Part shown: positions 21,204-42,002 of the stretch, one piece after another
How positions within the stretch are numbered: position 1 is the stretch's first letter
How the letters are laid out: each line of letters opens with the position of its first letter
Assembly (NCBI RefSeq): GCF_009914755.1
Contig: NC_060937.1
DNA: 64,000 nt
From: the human T2T-CHM13v2.0 reference genome, Homo sapiens
Reading direction: 5' to 3' (one strand)
Program-made: the position numbers and the translations under genes
The notes under the pieces: generated by a model
Told to the model about the DNA's origin: nothing
Database searches by the model: none
The model's input: only the letters and a program-made list of their open reading frames with translations

Positions 21204-21689
21204 CCAAGAAGATTCTAAAATGTATATGGAAATTCAAAAAATCTAGAAGAGCCAAGATAGTTTTTAAACAAAGAAGTACAAAGTTGGGGGACTTATAAAC
21301 AAGTTTTCAAAACTCACTATAAAGCCATAATATTTAAAACTGTGGTCTGGACTTAAGTATAGACAAGTCATTAAGTCATAATAAAAGGAGAAAAAGCTGA
21401 GAAACAAACCTATACATATATGTTCACTTGATTTGCAATAAACACACCTCTACAATTCATTGGGGAAGTTATGCTCTTCACAGTAAGTGGTACAGGAAGC
21501 ATTGATAGCTATATGAAAAACATTAATCTTGATATTTTATATCTTTACAACAATTAATCGGAGATCAGTCATACACCAATACATTGACAGAGGTGTTGGT
21601 TACATGCATATATACTTATGTGTAATATCATCAAGATATACACTTGATTAGTGCAACTTACCATCTATGTTATACCTCAATAAAATGTG

Positions 21690-24400
21690 ATTATTTATTT
21701 TAGGTTCAGGGGTACATGTGCAGGATATGCAGGTTTGTTACATAGGTAAACCTGTGCCATGGTGGTTTGCTACACAGACATCTCATCCCTATGTATTAAG
21801 CCCAGCATCCATTAGCTATTCTTCCTGAGGCTCTCCCTCTCCCAACCCCTCCTTCCTGACAGGCCCCAGTGTGCACTGTTCCCCACCATGTGTCCATGTG
21901 TTCTCATTATTCAGCTCCCATTTATGAGTGAGAACATGCAGTGTTTGGTTTTCAGCTCCTGTGTTAGTTTGCTGAGGATAACAGCTTCCAGTTCCATCCA
22001 TGTCTCTGCAAAGGATGTTATCTTCTTCATTTTTATGGCTGCACAGTATTCCATGGTGTTTATGTACCACGTTTTCTTTATCTGATCTATCATTGATGGG
22101 CATTTAAGTTGATTGCATGTCTTTGCTATTGTGAATACTGCTGCAGTGAACATGCACGTGCATGTATCTTTGTAAGACAGTGATTTATATTCCTTTGGGT
22201 CTATACTTGGTAATGGGATTGCTGGGTCAAATGCTATTTCTGCCTCTACGTCTTTGAGGAATTGCCACACCCTCTTCTACATGGTTGAACTAATTTACAC
22301 ACCCACTAACCGTGTAAAAAGCATTCCTTTTTCTCTGCAACCTTGCCAGCATGTTATTTTTGGACTTTTTAATAATAGCCATTCTGACTGGCGTGAGGTG
22401 GTATCTCATTGTGGTTTTGTTTGCATTTCTTTAGTGGTCGGTGATGTTGAGCTTTTTTTTTTCGTATTTTTGTTGACTGCATGTATGTCTTCTTTTGAGA
22501 AGTGTCTGTTCATGTCCTTTGCCCACTTTTTAACAGGGTTGTGTGTTTTTTTCTTGTAAATTTCATTAAGTTCCTCGTAGAATCTGAATATCAGACCTTT
22601 GTCGGGCGGATAGATTGTACAAATTTTCTCCCATTCTGTAGCTCTTTAGTTTAATTACATCCCATTTGTCAATTTTTGCATTTGTTGCAATTGCTTTTAG
22701 CATTTCGATCATGAAATCTTTGCCCATGCCTATTTTCTGAATGGTATGGCCTAGATTTTCTTCTAGAGTTTTTATACTTTGGGGATTTACATTTAAGTTT
22801 TTAATCCATCTAGAGTTAATTTTTGGATATGGTGTAAGGAAGAAGTCCAGTTTCAATTTTCTATATATGGCTAGCCAGCACTCCAGCACCATTTATTAAA
22901 TAGGGAGTCCTTTTCCCATTGCTTGTTTTTGTCAAGTTTGTTAAAGATCAAATGGTTGTTGGTGTGAGGTCTTATTTCTGAGTTTTCTATTCTGTTCCAT
23001 TGGTCTATACATCTGTTCTTGTACTAGTGCCATGCTGTTTTGGTTACTGTAGCCCTGTAGTATAGTATAGTTTGAAGTCGGGTAGCGGGATGCCTCCTGC
23101 TTTGTTCTTTTTGCTTGGGATTGTCTTGGGTATTTGGGCTCTTTTATTGTTCTATATGAATTTTAAGATAGTTTTTTTTTAATTCTGTGAAGAATTTCAA
23201 TAGCAGTTTAATGGGAATAGCATTGCATCCATAAATTGCTTTGGGCAATATGGCCATTTTCATGATATTGATTCTTCCCATCCATGAGCACGGGATGTTT
23301 TTCCATTTTTTGTGTGTGTCTTCTCTGATTTCTTTGAGCAGTTGTTGTTTTCTCTGTGTTTGTTTTTCCTTTAACAGGCCACTCTACTGTAGTGCTTCTG
23401 CAATTTGCTGGTGGTCCATTCAAGACCCCAGTCGCCTGACTTTCTCCCGTCTACCTGGAGGTATTACCAATGAAGGCTGTGAAATAGCAAAGATGGCAGC
23501 CAGCTCCTTCCTTTGGAAGCTCCATCCCAGGGGGATACTGACCTGTAGCAAGTCTACATACACCTGTAGGAAGTGGCTGGAGACCCCCATGGGGGAGTTC
23601 TTACCCAGTCAGGAGACATGGGATCAGGGACCCATCCAAAGAAGCAGTCTCGCTGCTTTTTGGTAGACCAGGTGTGCTGCGTTGCAGGGAACACTTCCTC
23701 CTCCTGACCACCTGTATTTTCCATAGCTGGCAGGCAGGAGTGGCTGAGTCTACAAACTACAGTGATGCTGGCTGCCCCTCTCCACCTCCCGGGGAACTCA
23801 GACCCATCTGAGGTGGAATCCAACCTGTTGCTCTTGGTTGGCTAGGATTCCAAGCCAATGGGTCTTAACTTGTGAGGTACCGTGGAAATGGAGCCCACAG
23901 AATGACACTGCTTGGCTCCCTGGATTCAGCCCCTTTCCAAAATATGTATGGACAGATTTCCCACCTTGCTGAGGTTCTCGGGGCCAGAGTACGTAAAACG
24001 TCTGGGTTTCTGTGTGTGCCTGAGCAGCTGATCTGCTGAGACTCCACAGCTCTGTGTATCAGACACAAGGCCCTGGTGGCATGGGCTTACAAGGGGATCC
24101 CCTGATCCATGGGTTGCAAAGATCAATAGGAGAAGCACTGTTTCCTGAGCACGATTGGACAATCACTCACTGCTTCCCTTGGCTGGGAGTGGGGGTTCCT
24201 TTGGCTCCACGCTGCTCTCGGCTGGGCCATCACACCCTCTCTCCACTTTTCTTCATTCTCCATGGGGCGAGCTGTTCTTCCAGTCAGTCCCAATGGGAGA
24301 ACCTGGGTATCTCAGTTGAAGGTGCTGAATTCACCTGCCCCTTTTCATTCCTCTCCTTGAGTGCTGGGGAGTGCAGCTGCTTTTAATCGGCCATTTTGCA
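21690..24400 (-). mobile_element. L1PA8-PA12-type element with the 5'UTR joined directly to the 3' third of ORF2
   Basis: 3'UTR and ORF2 3' end at 21690-23345, junction at ~23345, 5'UTR to ~24400. Confidence 0.85.
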
Positions 24401-24467
24401 TCACTCTAAACATTTCTTTTTTAGCCATAGTTCTTAATTCCCATAGCCCTTGGTTTATCGTTAGTTT

Positions 24468-30489
<6,022 letters not shown>

Positions 30490-30835
30490 ATCATTAGTTT
30501 CTTAATTAAATAACCTGTCCACATTCTCCAGCCATGGGATGATGATTCAGGCTGGGGATCCAGGCCATTTTCTGAAAAGCTGCTGAACTTGAGGCCCTGT
30601 CCTGTTTGAACCTGAGCTAACACGCTGCAGAGAGGTACTCCTTCCACCTCTCAGCAACCGATGCCAGCCCTTAATAATTATAGTTTTATTGAGGTATAGT
30701 AAGTATTGTAAATTACATAAAATTAAACAATGACTTTCAGTTGGCATTTCACAGTAAACAGCATTATATGTTTGAAATTAGTTTAGTCATCCATGGAGCC
30801 TAAAGCAGTATGCTGCCACTATAATTGAGGATCTC

Positions 30836-31300
<465 letters not shown>

Positions 31301-32716
31301 TTACATTGTTTTGCTTGCTGCTCGTGGTACTCCTGCCACTGCCATCATGTGAACAGGCCTGAAGTAGCCTACTAGAGAATGAGAGACCACATGGGACCAT
31401 TCAGCCAAGTCATGTTATTTTCTTTACTTTGATTTAAAAAAAACTGTTTTTTTATTCTTTAAAACAATTTGAACTGACACATAATAGTTGTTCATATTTA
31501 TAAGGTAGAGGGTGATATCTCAATACCTGTGTACAATGTGCAATGATCAAATCAGGATAATCAGCATGTCCATCACCTCAAATATTTATCATTCTTTGTG
31601 GTGGGAACACTCAAGAGCCTTTCTTTTTAAAAATATACAATAAATTGTTAACTGTAGTCACCCTCCAGTGCTATAGAATACTAAAACTTATTCCTCTCTG
31701 TAAGCTGAAATCTGACATTTCTTTGTTGATTTTCTGACTAGATGATCTGTCCAGTGCTACGAGTAGGGTGTTACGGGGTGTTAAAGACCCCAACTGTTAC
31801 TAGATTGGAGTCTGTCTTTCCCTTTAGATCTAATATTTGCCTTGTTTATCTGAGTGCTCTAGTGTTGGGTACATATATGTCTGCAATTATTATATCCTAT
31901 TGCTAAGTTGATCCTTTCATAATTATAAAATATCTGTCTTTGTCTCCTCATGCAGTTTGACTTAAAGTCTGTTTTATCTGATATAAGTATGGCTACTCCT
32001 GCCCTCTCTTGGTTTCTGTTTGCCTGGAGTATCTTTTTCTATCCCTTCACTTTCAGTCTGCGTGTACCTTTACAAGTGAAGTTAGTTTCTTATAGGCAGT
32101 ATGTAGTTGGGTTTTTTGTTTGTTTGTTTATCTTGGCAACCAACTCTATATCTTTTAATTGGGAATTTGATCTGTTTACATTCAAGGTTACTATTAATAG
32201 ATGAGGATTTATCCTGTCATTTTATTCTTTTTTTTTTTTTTTTTGGTTGTTTTGTATATCCTTTGTGCTTTTCTTCCTCTGTTTTTTTTTTTTTTTTCTA
32301 ATCTTTGTGGTTTGGTGGATCTCTGTAGAGATAAAGTTTGATTTCTCTCTCTTTCTTATGTATCTGCTCTACCAGTGAGTTTTATAGTTTGGTGTTTTTC
32401 ATGATGGTAGCCATCCTCTTGCTTTCATTTGTAGAATCCCCCTTAAGCATTCCTTGTAAGGCCAGTCTACTGGTGATGAACTCCCTCAGGTTTTGCTTGT
32501 CTGGGAAATACTTTATTTCTCCCTCATTTCTAGAGGATAGCTCTGCTGGGTATAGTATTCTTAGTTTATAGTTTTTTTGTATTTTTTTCCTTTCAGTACT
32601 TTGACTGTAACATCCCATTGTCTACTGACCTGTAAAGTTTCCACTGGAAAATCCACTGTTAACCTAAAGGAGTTTCCCTTACATGTGATTTGATGCTTTT
32701 TTCTTGCTGTTTTTAA

Positions 32717-33020
<304 letters not shown>

Positions 33021-33109
33021 AATATTCCCTCTTTTTGACATTTGAAAGTGTGACTATCATGCACCTCAGAGAAGACCATCTTGAGTTGATTCTATTTGAG
33101 AACCTTTGA

Positions 33110-33558
<449 letters not shown>

Positions 33559-34667
33559 TAATGACATCTATATCTTTGTTGAATTTCTCATAAGATGATA
33601 AATTGTTTTTCTAATTTCATTGATTTGTCTATCTGTATTCTCTTGTATCTCACAGAGTTTCCTCAAGATCCTTATTTCAAATTCCTTCTTAGCCATTTGA
33701 TATACTCTTAAAATTTAGGGTCTGTTAATGGGGGATTATTGTGTTTCTTTGAGGATGTAATGTTTCCTTGCTTTTTATGTTTCTTGTGGCCCTGAATTGA
33801 TTTTTGCACATCTGGTGGAACAGGTGCCTCTTCCAATGTTATGGAGCTTTCACAGAGAAATATTTTTTCCAATAGTTGTCTCCTAGTGTTCATTATGGAG
33901 TAGGGCGATTTGACTTTGGTTCTAGGTGGGTGCGGTAATACAGTCTTCATGTGACTTCTTTGGCTGTAATCAGCATTTAGAGGTGTCTCTGAGTGCCTCA
34001 GTGGCCTAGATGGTGAGTGTTTGTGGAGACAGTGGTATGGCTTTTCTTGGGGTGGGAGCCATCAGTCGGATTCGTTCCAAGGCCCTAGAGGTATGCATGC
34101 TAGGTGCAGTGGCTTTGCTAGTGGTGGGGTGGCGCCACCAGCAGGGTGGGCACCCGGCAGGCCAGTCCTCAGGGTCTTAGAAGTGCATGCAGCATATGGC
34201 AGCTCTGCTGGTCAAGGGGGTGGAGCTGTTGGCAGCAGTGGATGCCAGATGGGATGGGCCTTGAGGGGTGCATGGAGCACGCAGTGGCTCTGTCAGCTGA
34301 GGACAGCCAAGTCATTTTAGACTAGCCAGTCCTCAGATGACTCAGTAGCTGCCCACAGATGCATGAATGAACCCAGTTGAGAGAGGCAATCCTCTCTGTG
34401 AGCACAGAATTGAACAGTTAAGCCCATCTCAAATTCACAAACCATAGTATCATGAGCCAAATAAATAGTTGCTGTTATAAGCCAGTAAGTTTGGGGGTGG
34501 TTTGTAACCACTGGTACAATTGTAACTGGTATCAATCCATTATGATTGTTTTACTTGAAAGAGTACCTTTTGGAAAGAACATTGACATTTCTGGGTCAAT
34601 ATTAAACTTATGACTACACAGTCTACATTCACTGAGAAATTAGTATTTTTAAGATAAACACCCTTAC

Positions 34668-34732
34668 CTTAATTGGATTCCGATAGAAAGACTGGCCTCC
34701 CGAAGATGGAAACGACATAGCGACAATATGTT
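34668..34732 (-). pseudogene. TPTE2P exon (phosphatase N-terminal part), 65 nt
   Basis: ccag|AA CAT ATT GTC GCT ATG...ATT AAG|gtaagg gives [22 protein letters not shown]. Confidence 0.95.
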
Positions 34733-35478
34733 CTGGAAGTCAAAATCATCACTATTACAAACATTATTATAGATTTAAAATAACATACAAAAGTTAATTT
34801 TATATGATCAGACTCCATTTTCACAGAAAAATACCTTTTAAGATTGAGGTTGACAGAAAAGAGCTAATACTCAGGGTAATCAAGATAACATATTAAATTA
34901 TCCAACATAATGACCATTAAGCTGGCATGGTGTTCTTAACACTCCACTGGTTCAAACCATATGCCATGTACTTATGTTGGCCTCAGTCTGAAGTTCCCCC
35001 TGTTCTTGGAATTTATTTCTTATCTTAAATACCAAAGAAAATCCAAGAGTTCTGGGCACCAGTGATGGTGGGAACTCCCAACGTGCTTTGTAGCCCTCTG
35101 ACTCAGAACACCTGAGATCTACAAAGCTGTGACCTCATTCTCTGGGGTTCTAGGAAGAGAAGCGGTCTCTCTGGGATCCTTGGGATTCAGGATAACTACT
35201 AGAACTTAATAAACTGAAACTCAAATGGAGTCAGCTGAAAATCCATTCAAGTTTTTGTGCTGCAACCGAGTAGTCCTGAATTGAGATGACATGGAAATCT
35301 TCCTTGCCAGGGCTAAACCACAAATATGTCACACTATCACAATGGCATAGCATATAGCCTCACGAATAAAGAATACTTTGAATGAATGTGGCTTAGATGA
35401 GGCAAAAACAAAATAAAAATATAATTACAAGAAAAAGTGAAGTTAATGTAAGTAAATCAACAGTTAAGTGTCACAAAC

Positions 35479-35542
35479 CTGTAATATAAGTGAGGTCTAG
35501 GTCAAATCCATCACTTTCGTATCACCTTTTGTTTCCTGAAAC
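35479..35542 (-). pseudogene. TPTE2P exon (phosphoinositide-binding linker), 64 nt, with premature stop
   Basis: GTT TCA GGA AAC AAA AGG TGA TAC GAA AGT GAT GGA TTT GAC CTA... gives VSGNKR*YESDGFDLDLTYIT; TGA replaces the Arg codon of KRR. Confidence 0.96.
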
Positions 35543-35688
35543 CTGAGAGTTTAAAACCATTATTAGTTGGTGAAACATAAATCAACATAAAAATAAAGAA
35601 CATTATACAGTATAGATATCAACCCTTGCCAATGGGTCCCAAAACACAAAATATTTTTCTGAATCGTAAGCATGTTTTGCCCACTTAC

Positions 35689-35788
35689 CAGCCTTCTTAT
35701 CAGCTTTCCAAGTTGTCTTTTTAGATGAGCCAGATGAAAAACTCTTATCAGAATGATAAGTCGTAGAAGTCGAAATAAACGTGTCCAT
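35689..35788 (-). pseudogene. TPTE2P exon (VSD S4), 100 nt
   Basis: ttag|A TGG ACA CGT TTA TTT CGA...AGG CTG|gtaagt gives [33 protein letters not shown]. Confidence 0.96.
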
Positions 35789-35861
35789 CTAAAAATAAAT
35801 TTAAAAGATCAATTTTTGCTTCAGAAACAGACAATTTTATGAATATAAATTAAGTTTAGAG

Positions 35862-35966
35862 CAGCAGTTGTTAACCAGGGACAATTTTCCCTCCTCTCCT
35901 CAATCACCTACATGGGGGATATTTGGCAGTGTCTTGAGGCATTTTTGGTTTTCACAACTGGTGTGC

Positions 35967-36005
<39 letters not shown>

Positions 36006-36150
36006 CATGCATGCGCTACTTCCATCTAATGGATAGAAGCCAGGAATTCTGCTAAACATCCTGCAATGAATATAACTGCTCACCACCCTCCTATGACAAT
36101 AATGATCTGGCCCAAAATGTTAGTAATGCTGAGGTTGAAAAATTCTGGTC
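35862..36150. mobile_element. MER20 (hAT-Charlie) with an internal (TG)n
   Basis: aaccaggggacaatttt...tgctaaacatcctgcaatg...cccaaaatgttagtaatgctgaggttgaaaaa. Confidence 0.8.
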
Positions 36151-36404
36151 TAGAGAAATAGTGAAACAATAGAGTCTTAGAATTTGTAAATTTAATGTTG
36201 GGATTTGAGACTAGCATTTTCAATTTTTCCACATCAAAACAAATTGAGGATTCTTGTTCACCTTTGTTACTCCCATCTGTAACAGAGGTTCACTACAGCT
36301 GCTAATGCACATTAGGCAGGCAACAGATTGAGATACTTCCCAAGTGTGCTAGCTGGTATCTCTCCTACCGTCAGAAACATCAAAGCAGATAACTGATGGT
36401 CTGG

Positions 36405-36590
36405 ACTAGTGCTTATCTGGTTTAAGCATGCATAAAGAAGAGTCATCTGGAAAAGCGTGTTAAGCTACAGATTGTTGGATCCCAGAGATATTGATTCAGT
36501 GGGTCCAGGGTGGGGCCTAAGGTATTTTTCTTGTATTTCTAGCAAGCTCTCAAGTGATGCTGAGGTTTCTAGTCAGAGGACCACATTGGC
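36405..36590. mobile_element. MER5A-like (hAT-Charlie)
   Basis: cagattg...tgattcagtgggtccagggtggggcc...tctagcaagctctcaagtgatgctga. Confidence 0.7.
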
Positions 36591-36964
36591 TGAGGTGATT
36601 TTCAAACAACTCCAAAAGCCTATCACTTAACATGCTTAGTTGGTGCCTGAGTTGTAGTCCAGGGAAGCTAGGGTACAGAAAGAAACCCGGTATTTGACCC
36701 ATGAACAAGCTTAGGAAGCCACAAACATCTCCATCCCAGTATACGTTTGCTCTTCCATTTTCCTCATTGTCACAGTAGAAAAGAAGAACAAAAAGAGAGT
36801 CACCAGGTCCTCATACACCCTTTAGTTTCCTAATCCCTAACAGTTCTAACTTTGCCTTAGCTTTCTTTGTTTCTACCACAACTATACTGCAAAACTCTAC
36901 TGTTGTGTTGCTATACGTGTCATCTCCTAGTTTTCTGTTCTGTTTTCTATTTCTTAGAACATCA

Positions 36965-37272
<308 letters not shown>

Positions 37273-37291
37273 GGAAAAGAAAATCGTGATT

Positions 37292-37535
37292 CATGGACAC
37301 AGGAAGGGGAATATCACACTCTGGGGACTGTGGTGGGGTAGGGGAAGGGGGGAGGGATAGCATTGGGAGATATACCTAATGCTAGATGACGAGTTAGTGG
37401 GTGCAGCGCACCAGCATGGCACATGTATACATACGTAACTAACCTGCACAATGTGCACATGTACCCTAAAACTTAAAGTATAATAAAAAAAAAATTAAAA
37501 AAAAAAGACCACTAAAACTAGAAAAAAAAAAAAAG
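37292..37535 (+). mobile_element. Short 5'-truncated L1PA2-type insertion
   Basis: ~200 bp of 3'UTR with the GAG diagnostic; TSD aaagaaaat(c/t)gtgatt. Confidence 0.93.
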
Positions 37536-37715
37536 AAAGAAAATTGTGATTAAAGTCACTCAAATTTTGCATATGCTCAAATAAATTCCCTCTTGGCTGT
37601 GGGAAAAACCCAGAGAGAACATTATGTGTAAGGGATTTGTAGTTGAAGCACAGAGGGGAATTGTTTTTAATATCAAATTTTTTTATGTATCACATATGAA
37701 ACTAATAAGAATGTC

Positions 37716-37748
37716 ACACTTGATCTTAGCCAAAAGGCCAAAAATGAT
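37716..37748 (-). pseudogene. 3'-truncated U2 snRNA retrocopy (first ~33 nt)
   Basis: Reverse complement atcatttttggccttttggctaagatcaagtgt matches U2 ATCGCTTCTCGGCCTTTTGGCTAAGATCAAGTGT. Confidence 0.85.
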
Positions 37749-38064
37749 ACAAATGGGAATTTGACGAGAACTTCAAAATGTAGTGAAGTTAAAGTTAGTA
37801 CAGGAAGTAAAGTCCTTCTTTGGCTACTCCATCTTTTTTATTCAATGAATGGTACTTGGTGTGTATACTCTTCACTGGTCCCTAAGTATCACAATCTTTT
37901 AGTTTCAACCTATGTGGGAATTTACCTAAACATTTCATTTTAAAGCAACATATTTGGTATAAAATGAGCCATTTGAAGTTGAAAAGATTATACAGAATAA
38001 AAGCCACAGAAAATGCAAAAAGTAAATGAAAAATTTTAAGAGAAGTGAGTCTTATATTTCATAC

Positions 38065-38184
38065 CTGGGAATATCCTTAAGAAACTTAACGTCAAAAAAA
38101 ATGTAAACGACATCAACCAGCAGAATAATCACAGTAACAGCAGTATCTAAAATGTTAAGTAAATCAGAAAAATAATGCTGTCTC
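38065..38184 (-). pseudogene. TPTE2P exon (VSD S3), 120 nt
   Basis: acag|G AGA CAG...CCC AG|gtatga gives [40 protein letters not shown]. Confidence 0.96.
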
Positions 38185-40937
38185 CTGTAATATAAAACAG
38201 AAAAATATGAGTTCATCTCCCCTGCAAGAAGAGATAGGAATATTTAAAGACCACAACTATTGACTGATCCCCATTAAGAATTCTACTTTCATACATTATT
38301 TAAAATGCATTTTCTAGAGTAGACTAAGGGAAAAATATAACATTCATGGGAAGTTTTCAAACAATAAATTTATATTCATCATTTGACACATATATATAAC
38401 TAAAACACCAATATGGCAATTTAAGTATAGCAAGACATATAATTAAATGCATATTAACCACCCTTATCATAGATGATGAGGTATCTATCCCCTCAAGCAT
38501 TTATCATTGTGTTACAAACAATCCAATTACACTTTCAGTCATTTTAAAATGTACAATTGTTATTGACTATAGTCACCCTGTTGTGCTAGCAAACAGTAGG
38601 TGTTATTCATTTTTTTCTATTTTTTTGTACCTATTAACCATCCTCACCTCCCCACCCCCAACCTCCTACTACCATTCCCAGCCTCTGATGACCATCCTTC
38701 TACTCATGTCTATGAGTTCAACTGTTAACCCTTTTAGAGCCCACAAATAAGTGAGAACATGTGGTGTTTGTCTTTCCGTGCCTGGCTTATTTCAGTTAAC
38801 GTAGTGATCTCCAGTTCCATCTATGTTGTTGCAAAAGGCAGGATCTCATTCATTTTTATAGCTAAATAATACTCTCTTGTGTATATGTACTATATTTTCT
38901 TTATCCATTCATCTGTTGATGAACACAGGTTGCTTCCAAACCTTGGCTCTCATGAACAGTGCTGCAACAAACATGGGAATGCAGGTATCTCCTCTATCTA
39001 CTGATTTCCTTTCTTGTGGGTACATACCCAGCAGTGGGATTTCTGGATCATATGGTGGCTTTTAGATTTTTTGAGGAACCTCCAAACTGTTCCCCATAGC
39101 GGTTCTACTAATTTACAGTCCCACGAACAGTGTATGAGGGTTCTCTTATCTCCACATGTTTGCCAGCATTTGTTATTGCCTGACTTTTGGATATAAGCCA
39201 TGTTAGCTGGGATGAGATGATATCTCACTGTAGTTTTCTCTAATGATCAATGTTAAGCACCTCTTCACATGCCTGTTTACCATCTGTATGTTTCCTTTTG
39301 AGAAATGTCTATTCAAATCTTATGCTCATTTAAAAAAATCATAGTATTAGATTTTTTTCCTATAGAGTTGTTGGAGCTCCTTATATATTCTGGTTATTTA
39401 TCCCTTGTCAGATGGGTATTTTGCAAATATTTTCTCCCATTCTGTGGGCTGTCTCTTCACTTTGTTAATTGTTTCCTTTGCTATGAAGAACCTTTGTAAC
39501 TTCATGTGATCCCATCTGTCCATTTTTGCTTTGGTTACCTGTACTTGTAGGGTATTGCTCAAGAAATTTTTGCTCAGACCAATGTCCGGAAGATTCTTCC
39601 CAATGTTCTCCTGTTATAGTTTGAGGTCTTATCTTTAAGTATGTGATCCATTTTGATTGGATTTTTATATAAGGTGAGAGGTAGGGGTCTAGCTGCATTT
39701 TTCTGCATGTGGATATCCAGTTTTCCCAGAACCATTTGTTGAAGGGACTGCCTTTTCCTCAATGTATGTTCTTGGCAAATTTGTTGAAAATGAGTTCACT
39801 GTAGGCGTGTGGATTTGTTTCTGGGTTCTCTATGCTTTTCCATTGGTCTATGTGTCTGTTTATGCAAGGGCCATGCTGTTTTGGTTACTATAGTTCTGTA
39901 GTATAATTTAAAGTCAGGTAATGTGATTCCTCCAGCTTTGTTCTTTGTGCTTAGAATAGCTGCTATTCTGGGTGTTTTATGGCTCCATATAAATTTTAGG
40001 ATTTTTTTTCTATTTCTGTGAAGAATGTCATTGCTATTTTGATAGGGAGTGCATTGAATCTGTAAATTGCTTTGGATAGTATGGTCTTTTGAACAATATC
40101 GATTCTTCCAATCCATGAACATGGAATCTCTTTCCATTTTGTGGTGTCCTTTTCAATTTCTTTCATCAGTGTTTTATCGTTTTAATTATAAAGATCTTTC
40201 ACGTCTTTGGTTAACTCTTAGATTTTTAATTTTATTTCTGGCTATTGTAAATAGGATCACTTTTTAAAACTTTTTCAGATGGTTCACTGTTGGCATATAA
40301 AAATACTACTGATTTTTGTATGTTGATTTTGTATCCTGCAACTTTACTGAATTTATCAATTCTAATATTTTTTTGTGGACTCTTTAGTTTTTTCCAAATA
40401 AAATATATCATCTGCAAACACAAGGATAATTTTACTTCTTCCTTCCCAATTTGGATTTGTTTTTATTCCCTTTATTTCTTTATCTTCTGTGAATGCTCTA
40501 GCTAGGACTTCCTGTACTATGTTGAATAACACTGGTGAAAGTGGGCATCCTACTTGTGTTCTAGATCTCAGAGGAAAGCTTTTCCATTGTTCCCCACTCA
40601 GTATGATACTGACTGGGGATCTGTCATATATGGTTTTTATTATATTGAGGTGTGTTATTTCTTTACCCAGTTTTTTTAGAGTGTTTATCATGAAGAAACG
40701 TTGAATTTTATCCAGCACTTTTTCAGCATTAACTGAAATGATCTTACAGCTTTTATCCTTTATTGTGTTGATATGATGTATCACTTTGGTTGATTTGCAT
40801 ATTTTGAACCATCCTTGCATCCCAGGGATAAATCCCATTTGTCATGATGAATGATCCTTCCAATGTATTGTTACATTCAGTTTTCTAGTATCTTGTTGAG
40901 GATTTTTGCATCAATATTCATCAGATATATTGGCCTG

Positions 40938-41242
40938 TTTTTTTTTTTTTTTTTTTTTTTGAGACAGAGTCTCACTCTGTCACCCAGGCTGGAGTGCAGT
41001 GGCATGATCTGGGCTCACTGCAACTTTCATTCCCAGGTTCAAGTGATTCTCATGCCCCAGCCTCCAGAGTAGGTGGGATGACAGGCACCTGCTACCATGC
41101 CCAGCTAATTTTTCTAATTTTAGTAGAGACAGGGTTTCACCATATTGGCCAGGCTGCTCTTGAACTCCTGACTTCAGGTAATCCACCTGCCTCAGCCTCC
41201 CAAAGTGCTGCGATTACAGGTGGGAGCCACTGCTCCCAGCCT
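40938..41242 (-). mobile_element. AluS
   Basis: Reverse-complement Alu; TSD gcctgttt. Confidence 0.92.
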
Positions 41243-41558
41243 GTTTCTTTTTTTGACGCATCTTTGTCTGCTTTTGATATCAGGGTAATACTGGCCTTGT
41301 GGAATGAGTTTGGAAGTATTCCTTCATCTTCTGCTTTTTGGAACAGTTAAAGCAGGAGTGGTATTCGTTCTTCTTTAAATGTTTGGTAGAATTCAGCAGG
41401 GAAGCCATCGGGTCTCAGTATATATATTGGCTATATATGTTGGATGAATATATACTTAAAATTGTTATAGCCTCTTGCTGAACTGATCCCTTTATCATGA
41501 TATAGTGACATTCTTTGTCTCTTCTTATCGTTTTTGTCTTGCAATCTATTTTATCTGA

Positions 41559-42002
<444 letters not shown>

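Larger units (their letters stand above)
18050..21660 (+). mobile_element. Old L1M ORF2 fragment hosting nested AluJ, L1PA7/8 and AluY insertions
   Basis: Degenerate RT-region similarity at 18050-18634 resumes at 20560 after the TSD aaag(ct/tc)aatatacaa. Confidence 0.7.

Noticed and set aside
22631-22650. 44-nt L1 deletion with GT...AG ends on the plus strand
   Set aside because: Too short for a spliceosomal intron and antisense to the L1; explained by AG microhomology.
35603-35788. 61-aa [12 protein letters not shown]...
   Set aside because: It is the wrong frame of the S4 exon running into the intron; the ATG is the AG|ATGG acceptor junction.
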